Origin: an uncultured Actinomycetota bacterium
Lineage (GTDB): Bacteria; Actinomycetota; Actinomycetes; Propionibacteriales; Nocardioidaceae
Assembly: GCA_963782075.1 (NCBI GenBank)
Contig: CAWAIJ010000010.1
Coordinates: forward strand, 62,526 to 126,525
Direction: 5' to 3'
Length of the DNA: 64,000 nt
Shown: positions 18,797-26,880 of the stretch, piece after piece
Position numbering within the stretch: position 1 is the stretch's first letter
How the letters are laid out: the number at the start of each line of letters is the position of its first letter
Translations under genes and position numbers: made by a program
The notes under the pieces: model-generated
The model's input: only the letters and a program-made list of their open reading frames with translations
Told to the model about the DNA's origin: nothing
Databases searched by the model: none

Positions 18797-19726
18797 TCAC
18801 CCGGATCGAGTCGCCCGCACACCTGGCACCCGTGCGGCCGGCTCAGCCCCACCCACCCCCGCCCGCCGTACGACGCGCGGCCGGCGCAGTGCCACAAGCA
18901 CCCCGAGCAGCATCACCACGCCACCACCGAGCTCGCCCGGACTCGGCACGTCGCCGACGACCGCCCAGGCGAAGGCGATGGCGATCGGCGGCACCAGCAG
19001 CACCCATGGCACGACTGCCGCGGGTGGGTTCCTCGAGAGCAAGGTATTGAAGATGCCGTACCCGACCAGCGAGGCGAGCACCGCGGTGTAGAGCGTCGCT
19101 GCCACCGCCTGCCACGACAACCCGACCAGCGCGTTGCCGACCGCAGCCGGACCGTCGAGGAGCAGCGACGCCGCCAGAGCGGGCACCGGCACGACCAGTG
19201 CCGACCAGACGGTCAGTGAGAGCCCGCCGGCGATGCCCGAGGAGCGGGAGACCACGTTGCCGATGCCCCAGGACAACGCGGCGATCACGCACAGCGCGAG
19301 CGCCAGCAGCGGAGTGTCGCCCCCGCGGCCGAGTCCGACCAGCACCAGTCCGGTCGCGCCGATGCCGACCCCGACGACCTGCGGCCGGGTCGGCAGCTCC
19401 CGCAGCGCGGTCGCTGCGATCACGATCGTGAAGACCACCTGCGCCTGCAGCACCAGCGCCGCGAGCCCGGGCGAGAGGCCGGCCGCGATCGAGAGGTAGA
19501 GGAAGCTGAACTGGCCCAGCGACATGAAGACACCCACTAGCGCGACCACGCGCCACGGGGCCCGCGGCCGGGGCACCCACCACAGCGCCGGCAGGGCGAC
19601 CACGACGAAGCGCAGCGCGAGGAAGGTCAACGGCGGCACGTCAGCCATCCCCCAGTCGATGGCGAGGAAGTTCAAGCCCCACAGCACCGTCACCAGGACG
19701 ACGAGGGCGCGGTCGCGACTGTTCAC
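18797..19726 (-). CDS. EamA/DMT-family transporter
   Basis: Ten predicted TM segments with a duplicated EamA pattern (VLWGLNFLAIDWG...; ALSWGIGNVVSR...). The start was moved to GTG 19726 (VNSRDRALV). The upstream 88 codons of the track ORF are non-hydrophobic shadow. Confidence 0.82.
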   Translation of the reverse strand: MNSRDRALVVLVTVLWGLNFLAIDWGMADVPPLTFLALRFVVVALPALWWVPRPRAPWRVVALVGVFMSLGQFSFLYLSIAAGLSPGLAALVLQAQVVFTIVIAATALRELPTRPQVVGVGIGATGLVLVGLGRGGDTPLLALALCVIAALSWGIGNVVSRSSGIAGGLSLTVWSALVVPVPALAASLLLDGPAAVGNALVGLSWQAVAATLYTAVLASLVGYGIFNTLLSRNPPAAVVPWVLLVPPIAIAFAWAVVGDVPSPGELGGGVVMLLGVLVALRRPRVVRRAGVGGAEPAARVPGVRATRSG

Positions 19727-19798
19727 GCGCCCAGTCTGGAGGCGTTGACCATGAAGCACCAGCGATGTTAGACCGGCATGACGATGTAGCGTTGCTGC

Positions 19799-20728
19799 AT
19801 GATCGACTTGGATGCCCTGGTCTCGTTGCGCGCCGTCTCGGCGCACGGATCCGTCGTGGCGGCGGCCGAGGCGCTGGGCTTCACCCCCAGCGCCGTTTCG
19901 CAGCAGGTCAAGCGTCTCGAGCGCCAGTTGGGGGTCCCGCTGCTCGAGCGCGTCGGGCGCGGAGTGGTGCTGACCGATCCCGGACGTCACCTCGCCGATG
20001 ACGGTGCCCGGGTTCTCGCCGAGGTCGAGTCGCTCGAGACCGGACTGCGTCGCGTCGACCGGTCACCCTCGGGCCGGCTGCGCCTGAGCGCCTTCTCGAC
20101 CGCCGTGCGCGGCCTGGTGGCGCCCGCCCTCGGCATGCTTCGTGAGACGCACCCCGACCTGCACGTCGCCCTGCGGGAGGAGGAACCCTGGCGCACCGTC
20201 GGCCTGGTCGCGGCCGGTCACACCGACCTCGGCGTCGTCCACAGCTGGGGCGACGTGCCGCTCGACGTGCCCGACAACCTCGTTGCGACGGCGCTCGGCA
20301 CCGACGAGGCCGACGTGATCATGCCGACTGGCCATCCGCTCGCCGGTCGCCGTCGCGTCACCCCGCGAGACCTGCGCGACCAGGCCTGGGTGGCCACCCC
20401 TCAGGGCACCATCTGCCGGCAGTGGCTGCACCGGATGTACGTCGGCGTCGGCCGTTCCCCGCAGATCGCTCACGTCTCGCTCGAGTACGACTCCCATATC
20501 GCGCTCGTCGCAGCCGGACTCGGGATCGCGCTGGTGCCTCGCCTGGGCCGCGCCACGCTGCCCGACGGCCTGGTCGCCGTACCGGCCGCCGAGCCCGTGC
20601 CGACCCGCACCCTGGTCGCGGTGCACCGCAGCAGCATGCACGGCTCTCCGGCGGTCGAGACTGTCGTACGCACCCTCCTCGAGGTCGGCACGGGGACCGG
20701 GAACGACGCCATTCAATGCTGCAACTGA
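19799..20728 (+). CDS. LysR-family transcriptional regulator
   Basis: N-terminal HTH SVVAAAEALGFTPSAVSQQVKRLERQLGVPLLER plus a LysR substrate-binding domain. Divergent from the EamA transporter. Confidence 0.92.
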   Translation: MIDLDALVSLRAVSAHGSVVAAAEALGFTPSAVSQQVKRLERQLGVPLLERVGRGVVLTDPGRHLADDGARVLAEVESLETGLRRVDRSPSGRLRLSAFSTAVRGLVAPALGMLRETHPDLHVALREEEPWRTVGLVAAGHTDLGVVHSWGDVPLDVPDNLVATALGTDEADVIMPTGHPLAGRRRVTPRDLRDQAWVATPQGTICRQWLHRMYVGVGRSPQIAHVSLEYDSHIALVAAGLGIALVPRLGRATLPDGLVAVPAAEPVPTRTLVAVHRSSMHGSPAVETVVRTLLEVGTGTGNDAIQCCN

Positions 20729-20784
20729 GAACCACCCGGAATGCCCCGATCCGAGCGCTTCTGACCGCAGCTGGTCGGACGTTG

Positions 20785-20919
20785 TCAGGAGCCGCGATAG
20801 GCATCGCGTCGGAGGTCGATGCGTAGTACGACAACCTCGCGGGCCTCGGGAAGGTTGTGCTGGATGGCCCGTATGGCCGGTGGGGTGAGAACGAGCTCAT
20901 GGGGCTCGCGATCGGTCAA
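20785..20919 (-). pseudogene. Possible internally deleted RelE/ParE-family toxin remnant (44 codons)
   Basis: My hand translation of the minus strand gives (TTG)MTDREPHELVLTPPAIRAIQHNLPEAREVVVLRIDLRRDAYRGS*. The N-terminal part resembles the Y-x-L-x-(L/F)-T-P-x-A...LP toxin start. The C-terminal VVVLRI..RRDAYR resembles the toxin end. The roughly 45-aa core is missing and there is no antitoxin ORF. Confidence 0.3.
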
Positions 20920-20952
20920 CCGCGAGCGCGCCGGCCTATGCCTCGAAGGGAC

Positions 20953-21456
20953 CTACTCGGTTGCCGAGATGATCCAGTGGTCTGCCGGCACCTGGGGCTT
21001 GCCGGGGACCTTGCGCCGCTCCTCGGTCCACTTGTCAGGTCCGAAGGCTCGGTCGGCGACGAGGCGCCAGAACGCGGCGGCCGACGCGTTGTCGTGCTGG
21101 AAGGGGATCTCCCATGGGCTGCGGTGGCGGGCGATGATGTTGAGTGCCAGCTCCGCACCCGCGCCGCGGCGCCGCGCCGCAGGGGCCACCCACAGTGCGG
21201 CCATCAGACGGGCCGGTCGACCGAGTCCCTCGACAACGCCGAAGCCGATCGGGGCAAGACCACCAGTGTTCGGGTGGACGTCCCAGGCAAGATACGCCGC
21301 CACGTCGGGGTCGTGACCAGTCGGCAACCCTGCCGCGTTGTATCGACCGTCCGAGTGCGGAAGGGCGCCAACAACCGGGGCGAGGTCGCTCTTGAAACTC
21401 TGCCAAAGCCATGCCAGGACGGACCATTGCTCGTCCGCGACGGGGTCCACCTGCAC
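20953..21456 (-). CDS. GNAT-like predicted acetyltransferase
   Basis: 167 aa with ...LWVAPAARRRGAGAELAL... (an acetyl-CoA-binding R/Q-x-x-G-x-G/A-like motif) and AAAFWR. This resembles the small 'predicted acetyltransferase' family. Confidence 0.55.
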   Translation of the reverse strand: MQVDPVADEQWSVLAWLWQSFKSDLAPVVGALPHSDGRYNAAGLPTGHDPDVAAYLAWDVHPNTGGLAPIGFGVVEGLGRPARLMAALWVAPAARRRGAGAELALNIIARHRSPWEIPFQHDNASAAAFWRLVADRAFGPDKWTEERRKVPGKPQVPADHWIISATE

Positions 21457-21647
21457 CCGCTCACCCTAAGTGCACCATCGCGCCCGGACGCACCTGGACT
21501 GTGCAGTCATTCCACTGCCATTGCCCTCCGCAGGAGAAGACACTGGCCAGTCACTCGACCAGGCGTCGGTCGCGGTTGAGGTAGGCGCTTCACAGGGTTG
21601 GGGACGAGGGGTTGCGGGTGTCGGCGGCGTGCCGTATGATCGAACGT

Positions 21648-23021
21648 ATGTTCGAACAAGCATCCCAGCGAATCCGGGAGGGCGCCTCGGTGGCGCCCCC
21701 GGAAGACGTGGATGCCCAGACGGTGGCGGGGTGGGCGGCAGCCCTCGCCTGTAGCGAGCTCGCGCTGGACGACCCCGCACGGATCGACCTGATCCGGGCG
21801 TTGGAGGAGCTGAAGTGCGCGGCCGAGGGCGCGCAGGCCCAGGTGGCGGCCGAGTTCGAGAACTCCCAGCGCGCGGTAGCTGAGCAACGCGGGGTTCCGG
21901 CCGAACGACGGGGTCGGGGGATCGCCGAACAGATCGCGCTGGCTCGTCGCGAGTCGCCCCACCGGGGCCGCCGCCACCTGCGACTGGCCCGGGTGCTCCA
22001 CGAGGAGATGACCTGCACCGCCGCGGCGCTGCGGGCAGGCAGGATCACCGAGTACAAGGCGTCCCTGCTCGCGCACGAGACCTCGTGCCTGTCCCGCGAG
22101 GACCGCATCATCGTGGATGCCACGATCTCCGGCGACCCCGCCCGGGTGGAGGAGATGGGCGACCGCCAGGCCGCGGCGCAGGCCCGCAAGCTGGCTGCCG
22201 AGCTCGACGTGGAGGCGGTGGCTGAACGGCGCCGGCGGGCCGAGTCCGAGCGCCACGTCTCCGTCCGTCCCGCCCCGGACACCATGACCTGGCTGGGAGC
22301 GTTGCTGCCGGTCAAGGACGGCATCGCCGTGTTCGCCGCGCTCAAGGCAGCGGCTGACACCGCCCGGGCGAGCGGCGACCCACGAAGCCGCGGCCAGGTC
22401 ATGGCCGACACGTTGTGCCAACGCGTCACCGGCGCTGCCGGGGATGCCACGGCTCCCACCGGCGGACGCGGTACGTCGACGCCGGTGTCGCTGGGTGTGG
22501 TCATGACCGACGGCGCCCTGTTCGCAGGCGCCGACGACCCCGCCCACCTCGAGGGCTACGGCCCGATCCCCGCCGACCTGGCCCGGGAGCTCGTGGCTCA
22601 CGCCATCAGCGCCGGCGACCGGGTCTGGCTGCGCCGGCTCTACACCCACCCCGGCACCGGTGAGCTGGTCGCCATGGACTCCCGGCAGCGGCTCTTCCGT
22701 GACGGCCTCGCCGCGCTGATCCGGCTGCGCGACCAGACCTGCCGCACCCCCTGGTGCGATGCCCCGATCCGCCGCGGCGACCACGCCGTCGAGCACCAGT
22801 CGCGCGGGCCGACCAGCCTCGAGAACGGCCAAGGCCTCTGCGAGGCCTGTGACCTGGCCAAGCAAGCGCCCGGCTGGCGGGCCTCACCCGTGGCCGACAC
22901 CGTCGGCCACCAGATCGACACGACCACCCCCACCGGACACCGCTATCGATCGCGAGCGCCGGCGCTCACGCGCCCGCCCTACCGACTCACCCAGCCCGGC
23001 GTGTGGACCTTGGTCGCCTGA
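21648..23021 (+). CDS. DUF222 plus HNH endonuclease domain protein (REP13E12-like)
   Basis: N-terminal DUF222-like helical region (LIRALEELKCAAEGAQAQVAAEF). C-terminal HNH region: CRTPWCDAPIRRGDHAVEHQSRGPTSLENGQGLCEACDLAKQ. The start is taken as MFEQAS (ATG at 21648). Confidence 0.85.
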   Translation: MFEQASQRIREGASVAPPEDVDAQTVAGWAAALACSELALDDPARIDLIRALEELKCAAEGAQAQVAAEFENSQRAVAEQRGVPAERRGRGIAEQIALARRESPHRGRRHLRLARVLHEEMTCTAAALRAGRITEYKASLLAHETSCLSREDRIIVDATISGDPARVEEMGDRQAAAQARKLAAELDVEAVAERRRRAESERHVSVRPAPDTMTWLGALLPVKDGIAVFAALKAAADTARASGDPRSRGQVMADTLCQRVTGAAGDATAPTGGRGTSTPVSLGVVMTDGALFAGADDPAHLEGYGPIPADLARELVAHAISAGDRVWLRRLYTHPGTGELVAMDSRQRLFRDGLAALIRLRDQTCRTPWCDAPIRRGDHAVEHQSRGPTSLENGQGLCEACDLAKQAPGWRASPVADTVGHQIDTTTPTGHRYRSRAPALTRPPYRLTQPGVWTLVA

Positions 23022-23024
23022 CCA

Positions 23025-23447
23025 CTACGGCTGCGGTCGCATCGGGTTCGCCGCCCGCTCCTCCTCGCTGCGCAGGATGCAGAACTCGTTGCCCTCCGGA
23101 TCCTGGAGGACCACCCAGCCGATCCCGGGACCGTGGTGATCGCGCTGGTCGTCGACCTCCATCGCTCCGAGCGTGACGACCCGCCGCACCTCCTCGTCGC
23201 GGGTGCCGGTGTGCGGCTGGACGTCGAAGTGGATGCGGTTCTTGGTGCGCTTCTCGTCGGGCACCTCGATGAACAGCAGCCGGTGGCCGCTCTCCGGCGA
23301 GATGATCATGCACTCCTCGTGCCCGGGCTCGTTCGGGTCGCCGTCGATGTCGACGTACCCGAGCACCTGCTTCCACCACTCCGAGAGCTCGTAGGCGTTC
23401 GCGCAGTCCACGGTCGTGTGCGAGATGAAGGACGTCATGGCGGCCAT
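23025..23447 (-). CDS. VOC (glyoxalase/bleomycin-resistance fold) family protein
   Basis: 140 aa with HTTVDCANAYELSEWWKQVLGY...RIHFDV...WVVLQDPEGNEFCIL, typical of glyoxalase-like domain proteins. Confidence 0.8.
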   Translation of the reverse strand: MAAMTSFISHTTVDCANAYELSEWWKQVLGYVDIDGDPNEPGHEECMIISPESGHRLLFIEVPDEKRTKNRIHFDVQPHTGTRDEEVRRVVTLGAMEVDDQRDHHGPGIGWVVLQDPEGNEFCILRSEEERAANPMRPQP

Positions 23448-23622
23448 CCTGCACCGCGTCGACGGACAGACAACACTGCTTTTCGTTCCAGCTATCAGCC
23501 GCGCTCCTCCGCGATGCTGTTCCCACCATCGGCCACGAGGCAGTGCCGGACGCCGGCCGTGGTCACACTCGACCCGGCTCGCGCGTCAGGTGGGTGACCA
23601 CCGAAGTAGGAGGAAGAGGGCT

Positions 23623-24459
23623 GTGGACCAGACAGAGCTGTTCGAGGCTGAGCGACCGCGCCTGCTGGGGATCGCGAGCCGGGTGCTGGGTGACCATGCC
23701 GAGGCCCAGGACATCGTCCAGCAGGCGTGGCTGCGGCTGCACCGGACCGACGAGGAGATCGAGAACCTGCCGGCCTGGCTGACGACCGTCACCACCAGGT
23801 TGTGCCTCGACCGGCTGCGCTCGCGCACGCCCACGCCGGTCGAGGACGTCGAGCCCGGGGAGGCACTCAGCGACCCGGCCGACGACGTGGCACTGGCCGA
23901 GACCGTCGGGCTCGCCCTGCACGTCGTGCTCGACCGCCTGTCCCCACGCGAACGGGTCGCCTTCGTGCTCCACGACAGCTTCGGGTTCGAGTTCCCGACG
24001 ATCGCCGCGGTCCTGGACACCACGCCGACGGCCGCGCGCAAGCTGGCCTCGCGGGCGCGGGCCAAGGTCAGCCAGCCCCATCCCGAGGACCGCCTGGCCG
24101 ACTGGGAAGTCGTGGATGCCTTCATGGCCGCAGCCAAGGACGGCGAGTTCGACCAGCTGATGCGCCTCCTCGCACCCGACGCCGACGTCACGGCCGACGC
24201 CGACGCGGTCATGGTCGGCACCCCGTCGAAGATCGAGGGCCGGGACGAGGTGGCGGCCTTCTTCAACGGCAGCGCCCAGTCCGCGTTCCCGGTCTTCGTC
24301 GGCGACCGTCCCGGTGCTGCCTGGTTCCACCTCGGCGCCGCCAAGGTCGTCTTCGACTTCACCGTCGGCGACGGCCTCGTGCGCGCCATCACCTTCCGCG
24401 CCGCACCCGAGGTGCTCTCCCAGGTCGTACGCCGCGACGCCGATCAGCCGCGCGGCTGA
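23623..24459 (+). CDS. ECF sigma factor with a C-terminal SnoaL-like extension (SigJ/ECF41-type)
   Basis: Region 2: LLGIASRVLGDHAEAQDIVQQAWLRL...TTVTTRLCLDRLR. Region 4: LSPRERVAFVLHDSFGFEFPTIAAVLDTTPTAARKLASRAR. These are followed by a roughly 110-aa NTF2-like tail. GTG start at 23623, preceded by AGGAGGAAG. Confidence 0.85.
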   Translation: MDQTELFEAERPRLLGIASRVLGDHAEAQDIVQQAWLRLHRTDEEIENLPAWLTTVTTRLCLDRLRSRTPTPVEDVEPGEALSDPADDVALAETVGLALHVVLDRLSPRERVAFVLHDSFGFEFPTIAAVLDTTPTAARKLASRARAKVSQPHPEDRLADWEVVDAFMAAAKDGEFDQLMRLLAPDADVTADADAVMVGTPSKIEGRDEVAAFFNGSAQSAFPVFVGDRPGAAWFHLGAAKVVFDFTVGDGLVRAITFRAAPEVLSQVVRRDADQPRG

Positions 24460-24542
24460 TCCCGGTCGACATCGGCGTCGACATCCGGTCACACCTGGCC
24501 GGGCCCGATCGTCAACACACCAGAACACCCAACGAAGAGGAG

Positions 24543-24785
24543 ATGATCATGAAGACGATGACCTGCCGGGCCCTCGGCGGGCCCTGCGACCTCGAGCACC
24601 GCGGCGACAACGCCGACGAGGTCATCAAGGCCCAGGACCGCCACCTCAAGGAGGCGGAGAAGGCGGGCGACACGACCCACCAGGAGGCCCGTGAGGCCAT
24701 GAAGGGCCGCTGGCGGCACCCCAAGAAGGCCATGGGCTGGTACCGCGACACCAAGCAGGCCTTCGAGGCCCTTCCCGCCGAGTAG
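24543..24785 (+). CDS. DUF1059-family small protein
   Basis: MIMKTMTCRALGGPCDLEHRGDNADEVIKAQDRHLKE... matches the conserved small Cys-containing DUF1059 pattern. A GAGGAG RBS lies just upstream. Confidence 0.7.
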   Translation: MIMKTMTCRALGGPCDLEHRGDNADEVIKAQDRHLKEAEKAGDTTHQEAREAMKGRWRHPKKAMGWYRDTKQAFEALPAE

Positions 24786-24794
24786 CAGCCCAGG

Positions 24795-26258
24795 TCAGGG
24801 CGTGTACGCCGGCTGCCGCTCCGCCAGCAGGTGCCTGCGGAAGACCCCAGTCAGCTCGACGCCGGACTCGTCCTCCCACCAGGTCGTGATGTCGTCGAAG
24901 TCGGCGTGACCGTTGTCGCGGCTCGCCGGCCACTCCCGGACCAGCCGGAAGAACTCGTCGTCGCCGAGGCGTTCCCGCACCTGGTGCCACATCACGGCCG
25001 GCAGGTAGTAGACGTTGGCCTCGGCGAACCTGGTGGGGTCGTACGCCGCCGGCGGGCCGGCCTTCTTCCGAAGGCCGGCCCCGGCCACGGCCCAGTCCGC
25101 GATCCGGTCATCCAGCGGGGCGTCGGCGAACTCGTCCTCCCACATCGCCTGCAGGTACATCGTCATGCCCTCGCTCATCCAGAGGTCGCGCCAGTCGCGG
25201 GGCGTGACCTGGTCGCCCCACCACTGGTGCACGACCTCGTGGACCAGCACCGCAGGCGAGGTCGTGTAGTCGGTGAGACCGAGGGTGATCATGGTCTGGG
25301 TCTCCATGCCGCTGGTGGAGTCGACGAAGAGGAAACCGAGCGAGTCGAAGGGGTAGGGGCCGAGCCGGTCCTCGGTCCACTCCACGGAGTGGACCGCGAT
25401 CTCGAGCAGGCCGTCCGCCCTCTCCTCGACGCGGCGCGGCAGCCAGATGCTGACCGGAACCCCGCCCGCGGAGGTGTCGGTCTCGGTCACGAAGTCCCCG
25501 AACGCGACGGTCACCAGGTAGGACGCCGCAGGCTCGGCGAGGTGCCACTCGGTGACGGTCTGCCCGTCGACCCGCTCACGCGACTCCAGCTCGCCGTTGG
25601 CGACGCCGACCATCGGGTTCGCCACCCGCAGCGTGAAGTCGTAGAGCGCCTTGTCGGAGGGGTGGTCGTTGACGGCGTACCAGGAGTAGGCGCCGAACGG
25701 CTCCTGCATCGTCCACGTCGAACCGTCACTCATGTTGGTCCACCCGACCTGTGCCGCGTCCTTGCGCGTGGTGGGCGCCGTGACGGACCGGGGCGTGCCG
25801 TCGTACCTGATCTCGAGGACGTAGCGCTCGTCCTCGACGACGGGTGCCTTGACCACGAGGTTCTTGCCGCGCTGCGCGAACCCGACCCCGTCACCGTCGA
25901 TCCGCACGTGGAACACGTCCATCGCCGCAGCGAGATCGAGCTGGACGCGGGGTGAGTCCCGGGTCGCCCGGAAGGTGAGGAGCTCGGTCCCGTCGAGCAC
26001 ATGGTTCTCCGGGTCCCAGGTCAGGTCGAGGTCGTAGTGGAGCGCGTCGACGCCCGGGTCGCCGACGTCGGGATAGAGCGGGTCCTCGACCGGCTCGCTC
26101 AGGGCCACGTCGAGCGCGGGGTCGTACGCCGGACCGGGGGTCGGTTCGGCGCTCTCGCCGGCCGGCGTGGTCGGTGTGGTCGGCGCGGGGGTCGGCTCGC
26201 CGGCGGAGCAGCCGGCCAGCAGGAGCACGCCGGCCGCGATCGCGGCCAGCCGCCGCAC
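24795..26258 (-). CDS. M1-family zinc metallopeptidase (aminopeptidase N-like) lipoprotein
   Basis: HEVVHQWWGD (HExxH) followed by WMSEG. The N-terminus VRRLAAIAAGVLLLAGCSAG carries a lipobox (LAGC). The GTG start at 26258 sits immediately after the sigma-factor stop. The upstream 208 codons of track ORF 24795..26882 overlap the sigma gene out of frame. Confidence 0.85.
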   Translation of the reverse strand: MRRLAAIAAGVLLLAGCSAGEPTPAPTTPTTPAGESAEPTPGPAYDPALDVALSEPVEDPLYPDVGDPGVDALHYDLDLTWDPENHVLDGTELLTFRATRDSPRVQLDLAAAMDVFHVRIDGDGVGFAQRGKNLVVKAPVVEDERYVLEIRYDGTPRSVTAPTTRKDAAQVGWTNMSDGSTWTMQEPFGAYSWYAVNDHPSDKALYDFTLRVANPMVGVANGELESRERVDGQTVTEWHLAEPAASYLVTVAFGDFVTETDTSAGGVPVSIWLPRRVEERADGLLEIAVHSVEWTEDRLGPYPFDSLGFLFVDSTSGMETQTMITLGLTDYTTSPAVLVHEVVHQWWGDQVTPRDWRDLWMSEGMTMYLQAMWEDEFADAPLDDRIADWAVAGAGLRKKAGPPAAYDPTRFAEANVYYLPAVMWHQVRERLGDDEFFRLVREWPASRDNGHADFDDITTWWEDESGVELTGVFRRHLLAERQPAYTP

Positions 26259-26260
26259 GG

Positions 26261-26824
26261 TCAGTCCTCGCCGCGCAGCATCGGCCGCACCAGCTTGCGG
26301 CCGTGGTGGATCTGCGCCTTCACCGTCCCCAGCGGCGCGTCGACCAGCCGCGCGATCTCGTCGTACGGCAGCCCGTAGACGTCGCGCAGCAGCAGTGGCT
26401 CGACGAACTGGGGGTGGTCGCGCTCGAGCGTCTCCATCGCTTCCAGCAGGTCGAGCCGGGTGCCGGCGATGACGCTGGTGGTGCGGGGGTCGGGCCGGTC
26501 GACGAGGGCGTCGCTGACTCCGCCGACCACGGCCTGGTTCTTCAGCCGACGATAGGTCGACCGGGCGGAGTTGACCGCGACCGAGTGCATCCAGGTCGTG
26601 AAGCGACCGTTGCCGTGCCACGAGCCGATCTTGTTCGCGATGTTGATGAGGGCTTCCTGGCAGGCGTCCTCGGCGTCGTTGGAGAACGGGAGCACCCCAC
26701 GACACACGTTGAGGGCGCGCGGCCGGACGGCGGTCAGCAGCGTCTCCAGGGCGTCGCGTTCCCCGGCCTGCGCCCGTCGGGCCAGGTCGTCGATCTCGTC
26801 CGGTGTCGTGCTGTCCCACGCCAT
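26261..26824 (-). CDS. ECF-type RNA polymerase sigma-70 factor
   Basis: Region 2: DAEDACQEALINIANKI...FTTWMHSVAVNSARSTYRR. Region 4: LLRDVYGLPYDEIARLVDAPLGTVKAQIHHGRKLV. Length 187 aa. Confidence 0.88.
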   Translation of the reverse strand: MAWDSTTPDEIDDLARRAQAGERDALETLLTAVRPRALNVCRGVLPFSNDAEDACQEALINIANKIGSWHGNGRFTTWMHSVAVNSARSTYRRLKNQAVVGGVSDALVDRPDPRTTSVIAGTRLDLLEAMETLERDHPQFVEPLLLRDVYGLPYDEIARLVDAPLGTVKAQIHHGRKLVRPMLRGED

Positions 26825-26880
26825 GTGGCGATCCCTCCCCCGTAGTGCGCTGTCGACATGAACATAATGCAGGGGTGTCC

